The notes under the pieces: model-generated
The model's input: the letters and a program-made list of their open reading frames with translations, nothing else
Databases searched by the model: none
Told to the model about the DNA's origin: nothing
Translations under genes and position numbers: made by a program
Assembly: GCA_964016885.1 (NCBI GenBank)
Contig: OZ024740.1
Coordinates: forward strand, 89,528,001 to 89,592,000
Length of the DNA stretch: 64,000 nt
Direction: 5' to 3'
Origin: Eledone cirrhosa
Taxonomy: Eukaryota
In this document: positions 12,931-25,100 of the stretch, piece by piece
Numbering within the stretch: the first letter of the stretch is position 1
Layout of the letters: every line of letters starts with the position of its first letter

Positions 12931-13839
12931 GGGATTTTCTTTTTTGTTGTTTTTTAAATTGTTATTATCATGAGTGGTTCCTTAATGTGAGCATTGTGTG
13001 GCTTAAGAATGAAATTATTATTAACTATATAATATACTTTTTGCTGAAGTTGCCTGTTATTGTTGTTGGCTATGTCGGTGGTGGTGTTGGGGCTTTTTCT
13101 ATTTTTGGTGGTGAAGTGGGAGCCAGCAGTGCCATAGTCGTTGTCATTTGACCGAGTCACTAAGTCAATGCATTTATATCTTTTGCTAGCCTCTCCCTTG
13201 TCTAGGGATACTGCCACCTTCCCCTTTCTTAAGTTAACAGAAGGTAATGGGGGAATAGTGGTGGTAGCAATGAAGGAGAGGTGGCGGCGGTGACTATAGT
13301 GATGGCGTTGTCGTTACTGAGTTTTGTTGAATAGACTGTAGTATTTTTGATCTGTGTATCTATGCGGTTTGTCACGTATGTTTAATATATGTGTTAACAT
13401 ACTTTCTTAATATTTGAATTAAACATTTTGAGAAAACTTGAGATGCAATAATAGTAATTATTATTATTTTGCTGGGATTGGTGGTGGTGGTGGTGAAATT
13501 GCCGTTATCTGGCTGTTGTATTTAGTGTACACATAGGGGTGATGATATAGGTGGTGTATCTAGTTTGTGGTATTAGTGAAATTGCTGTTATTTGGCTTTT
13601 CTATATAGTGTAGACAGAGGTGGTTTTCTTCCATTTATAACCATTTTCTTTTTTGAATATAAAATGTATAATACAAAATTGAATATTTGAGCGTTATAAC
13701 AGGATACTATGGATCCGAATTTTCTGAGAGTTGAGTCTGGTGCTTTATGTATCATTTGTACTAAGAATTGTTATATCACGATTGTTTTAAATATGTTAAA
13801 AATCAAAAACTTATTATTATTATTATTATTATTGTTATT

Positions 13840-15442
13840 GTTCTTTGAGTCTCAGTCATTGATGTTAGTTAAATGGAAAGTTTGTTGAAATGATTATCAA
13901 GCCACTACTTGCAGCCTCAGATATTCAGAACGTATCGGAGGGTTCTTCTGTTTACAGCAAGCATGCCTGTTGAAGCGTTCCAAAAGGCGGGGCGTGGCAT
14001 ATTTTCTTTAACCATCCATGGACACTTTTTGAGATAGTACCTATTGCGCCTATGACAATCGGGACCACTTTGACTTCATGGCAGTTCCAAATCCTTTTTA
14101 CCTCCCACTTTAAGTCCTGGTATCGGTTAATGTTATCCCTCTCCTATCTCGTGTCGAATGGGCAGGCTACATCCACAATCAGGCACGACCTTTTTTTCTT
14201 GTCCAAAACCACCAGGTCAGGTCTATTGTGTTCCAATTTCTTGTCCATCTGTATCCTAAAACCCACAGCAACTTCACCTGATCGTTTTCTATCACCGACT
14301 CTGCCTTATGTTCATACCACATATCAGAATGTGATGAATTGTTTACTTTGCATAGGTGCCAGTGGATCACCCTGCCTATCACATCATGTCTCCAGCCTTT
14401 ATAGTGAGTCTGAGCTAGGTGTTTACACTCGGATACAATGTGAGCCACAGTCCCCTCTCTCTCTCCACAGATCCTGCACAGTGGGCTAGCCTCCTCCTTG
14501 TAAATATGGTGCTTCAACCACTTCATTTTGAGGGCCTGCTCTTGCGCAGCCATTAGCATTCCTTATGTAGCCTTTTTAAGGTATCCTCTTTTCAACCAGT
14601 TCAATGTCTGTGGATCTCTGAATTCAGTTTTCTCAAAGAAGGTACTATGAAGGGATTTTTCATGGAGGCCACTCTTTCTCCTTGTTTTTATTGCCTCCTT
14701 GGACATCCTCTGGTCTATTGTCCTCTCCTTCAGTACAATACGGAGCATTGGCTCCTTACTATCAGTGACGAATTTGTGTAGGTTTTTTCTCCATCTGAAC
14801 ACAGTTCTCTTTGCTGATAAGACCTCATCCACCTTCAGATCTCTTTAAGTAGAGTCTATCGACATCACTCCTCTTGTGGAACATGTTGCAGATAGTCAAT
14901 AGCTTCCTAGCCTTCCTATCCATTTCTTTTTGTTTAGCAACATTCCATCTCAGAATTCCTGCACTGTACCTAATAATAGACACACCTCGGGAATTTGCTG
15001 CACTTATGGCATTCCTACTGTTCAGATATGACTTTAATACGCTCCTTACTCTCCGTTTGTATTCAGTTCTTATTAATTCCTTCATTTTTCTTTTCTTGAT
15101 GTTATCAGCCTCCCGAACACCCAAATACTTGTATCCTTCTTCAGAGTCAATTTCCTTTATCATCTCACCTGTTGGTACCTGGATTCCGTTGCTTCTGATC
15201 AATTTACCCCTCTTCATCATAAGGACTCCTCACTTACTAATACCAAATTGCATACATATATCATTGCTGAAAATACAGACAGTGTCAACAAGAACATCCA
15301 ACTCCTTCTCACTCTTCCCGAAGAGCTCAAGATCGTCCATGAAGAGGAGGTGCTTGATGGTAAGCTCTCCCTTTCTCAACTTGTATCCTGCTCTCACTTT
15401 TCGCAGGATAAAGTTTAGGGGCATCAGGGCAGGGACAAACAA

Positions 15443-15443
<1 letters not shown>
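13840..15443 (-). mobile_element. R4/Dong-like non-LTR retrotransposon, 5'-truncated copy 1
   Basis: HLLFMDDL, YKYLGV, CRIC..E.TVAHIVSEC zinc knuckle, restriction-like endonuclease region; bounded by (ATT)n on both sides. Confidence 0.9.
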
Positions 15444-15491
<48 letters not shown>

Positions 15492-17103
15492 GTTGTTCTT
15501 TGAGTCTCAGTCATTGATGTTAGTTGATTGGAAAGTTTGTTGAAATGAATATCAAGCCACTACCTGCAGCCTCAGATATTCAGGACGTATCGGAGGGTTC
15601 TTGCTGTTCTCAGCAAGCATGCCTTTTGAAGCGTTCCAAAAACCGTGGCGGGGCCAATTTTCATTAACCATCTCTGGAAACTTTTTGAGATAGTACCTAG
15701 TGCGCCTACGACAATCGGGACCACTTTAACTTCATGGCAGTTCCATATCAATTTACCTCCCACTTTAATTCCTGGTATCGGTTAATTTTCTCCCTCTCCT
15801 TCTCTTGCACTCTCGTGTCGAATGGGAAGGCCACATCCACAATCAGGCACGATCTTTTTTCCTTGTGCAAAACCACCAGGTCAGGTCTATTGTGTTCCAG
15901 TTTCTTGTCCGTCTGTATCCTAAAATCCCACAGCACCTTCACCTGATCGTTTTCTATCACCGCCTCTGGCTTATGCTCATACCACTTCTCAGAATGTGGT
16001 AAATTGTTTACTTTGCATAGGTGCCAGTGGATCACCATGCCCATCACATCATGTCTCCAGCCATTATAGTGAGTCTGGGCTAAGTGTTTACACTCGGATA
16101 CAATGTGAGCCACAGTCTCCTCTCTCCACAGATCCTGTACAGTGGGCTAGCCTCCTCCTTGTAAATATGGTGTTTCAACCACCTCGTTTGGAGGGCTTGC
16201 TCTTGCGGAGCCATTAACATTCCTTCTGTAGCCTTGTTAAGGTCTCCTCTTTTCAACCAGTTCCATGTCTGTGGATCTCTGAATTCAGTTTTCTCAAAGA
16301 AGGTACTATGAAGGGATTTTCATGGAGGCTACTCTTTCTCCTTGTTTTTATTTCCTCCTTGGACATCCTCTGGTCTATTGTCCTCTCCTTCAGTACAATT
16401 CTGAGCATTGGCTTCTTACTATCAGTGACGTATTTGTGTAGGTTTTTGTCTCCATCTGAACACAGTTCTCTTTGCTGATAAGACCTCTTCCACCTTTAGA
16501 TCTCCTTAAGTAGAGACTATCGACATCACTCCTCTTGTGGAACATGTTGCAGATAGTCAATAGCTTCCTAGCCTTCCTATCCATTTCTTTTTGTTCAGCA
16601 ACATTCCATCTCAGAATTCCCGCACTGTACCTAATAATAGACACACCTCGGGAATTTGCTGCACTTATGGCATTCCTACTGTGCAAATGTGACTTTAATA
16701 CGCTCCTTACTCTCCGAATGTATTCAGTTCTTATCAATTCGTTCATTTTTCTTTCCTTAATGTCATCAGCCTCCCGAACAGCCAAATACTTGTATCCTTC
16801 TTCAGAGTCAATTTCCTTTATCATCTCACCTGTTGGTACCTGGATTCCGTTGCTTCTGCTCAATATACCCCTCTTCATCCTAAGGACTCCTCACTTACTA
16901 ATACCAAATTGCATACATATATCATTGCTGAAAATACAGACTGTCAACAAGAACATCCAACTCCTTCTCACTCTTCCCGAAGAGCTCAAGATCGTCCATG
17001 AAGAGGAGGTGCTTGATGGTAAGCTCTCCCTTTCCCAACTTGTATCCTACTCTCACTTTTCGCAGGATAATGGTCAGGGGCATGTATGGGAATGACAAAC
17101 AAC
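15492..17103 (-). mobile_element. R4/Dong-like copy 2
   Basis: Same motifs, including RPDLVVL...IVDVA.PFD...EKINRY; (ATT)n at both ends. Confidence 0.9.
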
Positions 17104-17130
17104 ATTATTATTATTATTATTATTATTATT

Positions 17131-18427
17131 GTTCTTTGAGTCTCAGTCATTGATGTTAGTTAATTGGAAAGTTTGTTGAAATAAATATCAAGCCACTACC
17201 TGCAGCCTCAGATATTCAGGACGTATCGGAGGGTTCTTGCTGTTCTCAGCAAGCATGCCTTTTGAAGCGTTCCACAAACCATGGCGGGGCCAATTTTTAT
17301 TAACCATCTCTGGAAACTTTTTGAGATAGTACCTAGTGCGCCTATGACAATCGGGACCACTTTAACTTCATGGCAGTTCCAAATCATTTTTACCTCCCAA
17401 TTTAAGTCCTGGTATCGGTTAATTTTCTCCCTCTCCTTCTCTTTCACTCCCGTGTCGAATGGGCAGGCCACATCCACAATCAGGCACGATCTTTTTTCCT
17501 TGTCCAAAACCACCAGGTCAGGTCTATTGTGTTCTAGTTTCTTGTCCGTCTGTATCCTAAAATCCCACAGCACCTTCACCTGATCGTTTTCTATCACCGA
17601 CTCTGGCTTATGCTCATACCACTTCTCAGAATGTGGTAAATTGTTTACTTTGCATAGGTGCCAGTGGATCACCCTGCCCATCACATCATGTATCCAGCCC
17701 TTATAGTGAGTATGGGCTAAGTGTTTACACTCGGATACAACGTGAGCCACAGTCTCCTCTCTCTCTCCACAGATCCTGTACAGTGGGCTATTCTCCTACT
17801 TGTAAATATGGTGTTTCAACCACTTCGTTTGGAGGGCTTGCTCTTGCGGAGCCATTAACATTCCTTCTGTAGCCTTTTTAAGGTCTCCTCTTTTCAACCA
17901 GTTCCATGTCTGTGGATCTCTGAATTCAGTTTTCTCAAAGAAGCTACTATGAAGGGATTTTTCATGAAGGCTGCTCTTTCTCCTTGTTGTTATTTCCTCC
18001 TCGGACATCCCGTGGTCTATTGTCCTCTCCTTCAGTACAATTCTGAGCATTGGCTCCTTACTATCAGTCACGTATTTGTGTAGGTTGTTTTTCTCCATCT
18101 GAACACAGTCCTCTATGCTGATAAGACCTCTTCCACCTTCAGATCTCCTTAAGTAGAGTCTATCGACATCACTCCTCTTGTGGAACATGTAGATAGTCAA
18201 TAGCTTCATAGTCTTCCTATCCATTTCTTTTTGTTCAGCAACATTCCATCTCAGAATTCCCGCACTGTACCTAATAATAGACACAGCTCAGGAATTTACT
18301 GCACTTATGGCATTCCTACTGTTCAGATGTGCCATTAATACTCTCCTGACTCTCCGAATGTATTCAGATCTTATCAATTCCTTCATTTTTTTGTTATTGA
18401 TGTCATCAGCTTCCAGAACACCCAAAA
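17131..18427 (-). mobile_element. R4/Dong-like copy 3 (shorter)
   Basis: RLE ORF 17208-17750; followed by (ATT)n at about 18430-18509. Confidence 0.9.
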
Positions 18428-18429
18428 TG

Positions 18430-18510
<81 letters not shown>

Positions 18511-19879
18511 ATAAAAGACCTTGTGTCCTCTGCGACGCTAAGGCCCTGGAAATACTCTACCCCAAAGACCACATCTTAAACAAACAATCTGAGTCACTTT
18601 CGGCTTGCAAACATAAATTGCAAAACACTTTTCTGTATTCAAGCCCCTCATTATACCCTAACGGATAGTACGAACTATACGTGGATATTTTACGTCTTGA
18701 TGTGGTAGCTAAGTATATGTTATATTAATACCATTACATAGGTAAGTATATATTACCTGTATGTTTTGTGTAGGTACGTATACTTTCTCGTACTTTTATT
18801 TGCTTGTATATGTTATTGGCGTATATATTATATATACTGGTACATGTGCATTTGGTTATGTGCATTCGTGAGTTTTGCGCCTGTGTGTGCATGCGGGTTC
18901 GTACGTATGTAGGGCGTGTGTATATGTGTAATTTGTGTTTTGTTTCACGTACGTCAGCGAACATATGTGTATTTGCATTTGGGTGTGTGTGTGCGCGCGT
19001 TATATACGTATTTATGTGTGTATATTTATACACGTTTATTTAATTATAAATACAAGCACACACACACACATACACATGTATATATATTTATATGTTTTTA
19101 TAATTTTTATGTGTATTTGGTGTTTACGTTCCTATGTGTGTGGTACAGGCGTTGCGTGCGTTCTGCATGTGGGAGTGTGTGTGTTTTTTAGGGCGTGGTG
19201 GTTGTGTACGTGCTTGTATTTGCATACCAAGAGCGAGTGTTTTCGCGTATGCATGTGTATGTACTTATTTAGATGCGTGTATGTATATTTTTAATTTCAA
19301 TTACCGCTGTATTGTATTTACTATATTCTTAACTCTGAAGCCGGGAATCATTCGGTTTGCTAAATAGAATTTTAGTCTAAGACTTCATTTATAAGATTTA
19401 CGTGGTTTTGTCTTTGCGTGTAATTGTTCTCATTGGCCACATAATGACGTATTATGTTCGTTTTTTTCGTTCATTGCCAGAGAACGTCTCCATGAACCAC
19501 CTAATAGAATATTAGTCTACTAATTCATTTATATCATAAACGTGGTTTTGTCTTCGCGTGTAATTGTTTTCACTGTTCCAAATAATGACGTATTATCTTC
19601 GAATTTTCCGTTCCTTGCCAGGGAACGTTTACACGAACCAAAGTAACGTCTTCCTATCTTCCTTCGGTTGCAACGTTTTTTGAAATATTTACTTCTGCGT
19701 TCAAAGATTGACTTTTTTAGTTTCAGAAGATCCCGTTAAGGGTGAAAGCAGCGATTCTTTACTTAATCTTTAATCTGTTATTTTAATAAATATTTGATCT
19801 ACGGTTCTTATATATCTGATATATATTTATCCTTATCGAACCCTCTTTGGATTTTAGTCTTCAAATTTATTATTATTAC

Positions 19880-19881
<2 letters not shown>
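18511..19881 (+). mobile_element. Family A PLE 3' fragment (GIY-YIG end, 3'UTR, HHR-like motif 19720-19768, tail)
   Basis: Colinear with 5815-6967; same CAGAAGA...GAAA motif; ends in (TA)n. Confidence 0.88.
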
Positions 19882-19910
<29 letters not shown>

Positions 19911-19965
19911 GTGAGGTTTTTTTTACAAAATGAAAAATAACCGAGGTGTCCTACACGAGTGGAAG

Positions 19966-20258
19966 TATAAAGAAAAAGGGATGAAATCGAAAATGCAACT
20001 GAAGTCTTATTTTTTTTTTAAATATATATATTTATTTGGTTCCTTTACCGGTTTCGCAGTTCTTCTGCTTTTCAAAAGGTGAGTTGAGATGAAGGGTCTG
20101 TGGTTTTTCTCACAGATGTGAGAAAAACCACAGACCCTTCATCTCAACTCACCTTTTGAAAAGCAGAAGAACTGCGAAACCGGTAAAGGAACCAAATAAA
20201 TATATATATTTAAAAAAAAAATAAGACTTCAGTTGCATTTTCGATTTCATCCCTTTTT

Positions 20259-20265
<7 letters not shown>
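19966..20265. repeat. Perfect palindrome, 149-bp arms with 2-nt spacer, one HHR per arm
   Basis: Paired coordinates sum to 40231; centre cacaGAtgtg at 20115-20116; T10 and A10 runs match. Confidence 0.97.
20152..20189 (+). ncRNA. Minimal Type I HHR, U3-A8 variant (mirror copy 20042-20079 on the minus strand)
   Basis: CCTT-TTGAAAA-GCAG aagaa CTGC-GAAA-CCGG-TA-AAGG; palindromic ACCGGT; GUA site. Confidence 0.85.
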
Positions 20266-20322
<57 letters not shown>

Positions 20323-20514
20323 ACAGGGACAAAGAGACGATTATTAGGAAGAAAAATATATTTTTTACCGTTTTTGTTTCTCTCTCTCTTTTCTATGGGT
20401 TATAAAATGATTAAAACGAAATGTTTTACTGTGTGTGAAGTGTTAAGGTATTAGTTGATTTATTTATTATTTAACAATGCCATTTATTTATGTATTTATA
20501 TATTTAATTATTGT

Positions 20515-21218
<704 letters not shown>

Positions 21219-21285
21219 TTACACACTTAAATATTAATGCATGTATATATACAATGTATAAATGCATAGCTTTATACATACGTAA

Positions 21286-21331
<46 letters not shown>

Positions 21332-22015
21332 TTATTCTTGGTGCAAAAGTTTGAAATTACCGATATAAGGTTTGACTATGTTTGTTTATTTTCTTATATA
21401 TGAATATTGTTTGTTTCTTGTATCTCATTTTGTTATTTTGCCCGAGAAAATATCTATGTGTCATCAAACGTTGTACACACATAGATATTTTTTCAAGTTC
21501 CAATTCAGTTCTAGCACGTGGCCTAAATTCCTTTTAGAATTCCTTGTCCTGCGCATGTATTGTTTTTTTGGCGGTAATACTTCCTCATTTTTTAACATCA
21601 GTTTGAGTATTTCTTTAGAACTGCTGGAGTAGCAACCAAAAATATACGTCAGGCACTGATGGTGATTAACGCTAAATACTGATATTGGTTAGATTATCAA
21701 TATTAGTATTATTGGGCACTCACTGAAGAATTCTAAGAGCCCACTTGAATATATATCTGTTGATCTTATACAAGCTCCTACATAAATTGGTATTATTTCA
21801 CCCAAATTGAAGGAATATTATAATGAAACGAGACGTCCGTCTGGGAAGAGATATGTTCGATATGTCTCATATGAAATAATAGAGCCAATTTTCCACACAA
21901 TACAATTAGTTATCACCCCGAACGTTTAATTAGGAATATACTCACTTATTTCCTAATGTTTGTTGAGTGAAATGGAATTTGGCCGAAGTATAGCTAAAAG
22001 CTTTCTCCGATAATG

Positions 22016-22089
<74 letters not shown>

Positions 22090-22199
22090 TATATAGATAT
22101 ATATATAAATCTACATACATATATACTTACATACATTTACGTATGTATATTGGCCCAAATATTTGAACATTTTACTTTTAAAAATTATTTGAAAAAAAG

Positions 22200-25100
22200 A
22201 AACACGGCTGAGCCACGCCCCCATCAATATGTCCACTGTCGTGTGACAACGGCGTTAAAGTTGAGAGAAGGATTAGTGAAATTCATACAACAGAGACCAC
22301 CACAAACAACGTGAACAATGACAACACTGAGAACACTAATTTTGAAAAAATTACCACACTAACTAAAACAATAACAGCGTCAACCAAAATACAGACAACA
22401 GAAAAAAATGACAACAAATGCAATAACGATATTAGCACCACTCACAAGAAAATAAACAACGACAACACCAAGAGCAACAATACAAATTGCACCGAAAACA
22501 ACAACAACAGTGGCACCAAAAACACATCCAACTACAACAGCGATAACAGCAACAACACCAACAACACCGTCTGTAGCAGTAGCAACAGCAACAGCACGAA
22601 CAACTGGACCAGTAGCGGCAGCAATAATGGTGCCGCAGAAAAAGGAGCCACTTCTTTCGCAGGTGTGGCCCGAAATATAGAGACAGGCTAGTCACTGAGG
22701 AGGAGATGGCAGTCGCAAGAGCCATGGTGTCGAGAAATTACAATAGAGTTTCCCTGAAACCTCCACCGAAGTTTCCCGAAAAACCCACAGCACCCGAGGC
22801 AGAAAGTACTCCACAGTACACGTACATTTCGCCACCTCACAAGAGGCGAAGTCTCACTCTTTGGAAACCGAAAGAGTGATGAGATCCCCCTCGTGCCCTC
22901 CTACTTCGAACATTGTGATGGTCAAAGTGACCTGGTCCCGCCCGACGTGCCAATACCTTGGCTAGCCGCGTCTGTACTGGCTGAAATCGAGACAATGGGA
23001 AGAGAGAACTGGTCAGGAATAATCATGCAAATGCTAATACAGACTGACCAGGAGTGCATCGAGGCCATCCCAGACATGACAGACCGGGAAGAAGAGCATC
23101 AACTCCCTATAAGCGTGGAAGGAAGGCGCCCAAAGTGCTAAATATGCGGGCAGAAGGGTCACCCTAGTGTCTTCTGCCCGCAGAACACAGCCAAGAAATG
23201 GGTCCCCCTCCTTCCAACACCCGATCATTTACTACCAAGAGCAGGGTAGGCAACAGCGGCAGATGACCCTTCCATGGTAAGTAGGAGGGCAACGTCCGTG
23301 TCACCATACCAAGGCCACGAACAACTAAAGCAGCGGCAGCAGTGGCGGCAACACCAAGAGTCGCAGTAGCCACACCGGCAGCAAAATCGCCGGAGCGGTC
23401 TCCACTACCACCACAAATAGCAGGGGATCTCATACCCCTCCCGGACGCCGCGGAATTTTACATGGAGTATGAGGCGGGAGGGAAATGGCAAATGGTCTGC
23501 CACAAAAAACAAAAAAGCAAAAACCCTTGATTCACCGTCCAAAAGTGAAGGCAGACAAGGAGGGGTAAAGGCTGCAAGGAGTCTAGCAGCAACACCACCA
23601 CCTTCACCATCACCAACACAAGCATCACCACCAACAACAACTACACCACCACCAGCATCCCCAAAATACACCAACATCGCAAATACAACAAAACACACAT
23701 ACCCAACAAAAGAAGACAGCAACAAAATCACCCCCTCCCCCCTCAAGAAAAAAGTACACACCCATAAACATGGCAAATAAAGAACTCATCCAACATATAA
23801 ACAGCACACATACATCACATACAAAAACTACTAAACCCCACCAACCCCAAGAACTCTCCCGACATACATAAGCATCATTGAAATGGAACAGTACAAACTT
23901 TTAAAGCAAAAATACCCCAAGGCAGTGGGAGAGATCAGAGGGTCGTTTACAAAGAGGATATACACTGACATCCTCTTGGAAACACCCATGACCAGCCAAA
24001 GGGACGGTTCTACTGTCCCTTCACCACGCTATCAAGGTAAGTGATCCTTTCTCACTTACCCAACTTCTCATCCAACATGGCCGTACTTAAAATAGACAGT
24101 ATAAATGTACGTGGCCTGGGGTCATCTTGGAATCAGGGTCACCTGCTCAACGACAACAGGTTACTAAACATAGATGTGGTGGCCATCAGCGAGACCAGAA
24201 TCTCCGAAACACGAGCCTTCGCACCGATCTTCGGCGGCTACGATGTATACGCATCTCCCAGCCGTCCAGGATCGGGTGGAGGGGTGGCAGTCCTCTTTCG
24301 GAAGGCTTGGATCTCGCCATGCGGGCCATCTTCCTGTTGCCAGAAGGTAAGTCGGTGGTGCTGGACGTGACCGGCAGCGAAGGCAATGCTCTGAGGCTCG
24401 TAGCTGTCTACGTCCCAACAGGGGCAGGACGGCCAGATTTCTTCAGACGTCTAGAGACCTTTCTTGTAACGTCCCGCTTTTTAGTGTTAGTGGACGACTG
24501 GAACAGTATCTTCGATGCACACTGGGACTATGTGGGCTAGTAGACAGGGCAGGAGGGTGTAAAAGCCTCAACAACCTGCTCAGACGATTTGAACTGTCTG
24601 ACAGGGATAAACTGGATTATTCGATGTTCCAATGTGGACATGGGCAAACCGCATCGGGTCATCCAGATCGTATTTAGATAGAGTAGTATGTAGGGAAACA
24701 GATAAGGCTAGTGTAGGTTGCCCACAATTTAAAGTAGTCGACTACAACGGATCACAAATTTATGATCTGTGAAGTTGACTTAGATAGACTCCATAGGCAA
24801 GGGCACGGCTTCTGTAAGCTGGACGCGTCGTTCCCGGCGCGGAAAGCTTATAAAGACCGGATTAGCGATTTAGGTAAGCGTGCGGCGTTGACGGGTGCGA
24901 TCGTCAACAACAGGTACTGGTTTACCCTGAAAAGGTATATTAGAGTAGAATCGATAAGGTTTAGAAAAGGAGTAGTGATAGAGGAAAATAGAGTAGAGGG
25001 AGAGTTAGTTAGAAAGCTAGAAGAGGCGTTTAGGACAGGCATCGCAATCGACGTGCTTGCGGCGAGATTGGCACTCGACCAATTCTTCAACGCAAAGCAT

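Noticed and set aside
12780-12935. HDV-like ribozyme in the R4-like 5'UTR
   Set aside because: Some pairing is visible, but the nested double pseudoknot and catalytic C could not be assembled by eye.
12930-13810. Possible PLE N-terminal fragment on the minus strand
   Set aside because: Composition is suggestive, but there is no diagnostic motif.
13811-18510. CRISPR-like repeat-spacer array
   Set aside because: The repeats are (ATT)n and the spacers are homologous retrotransposon copies.
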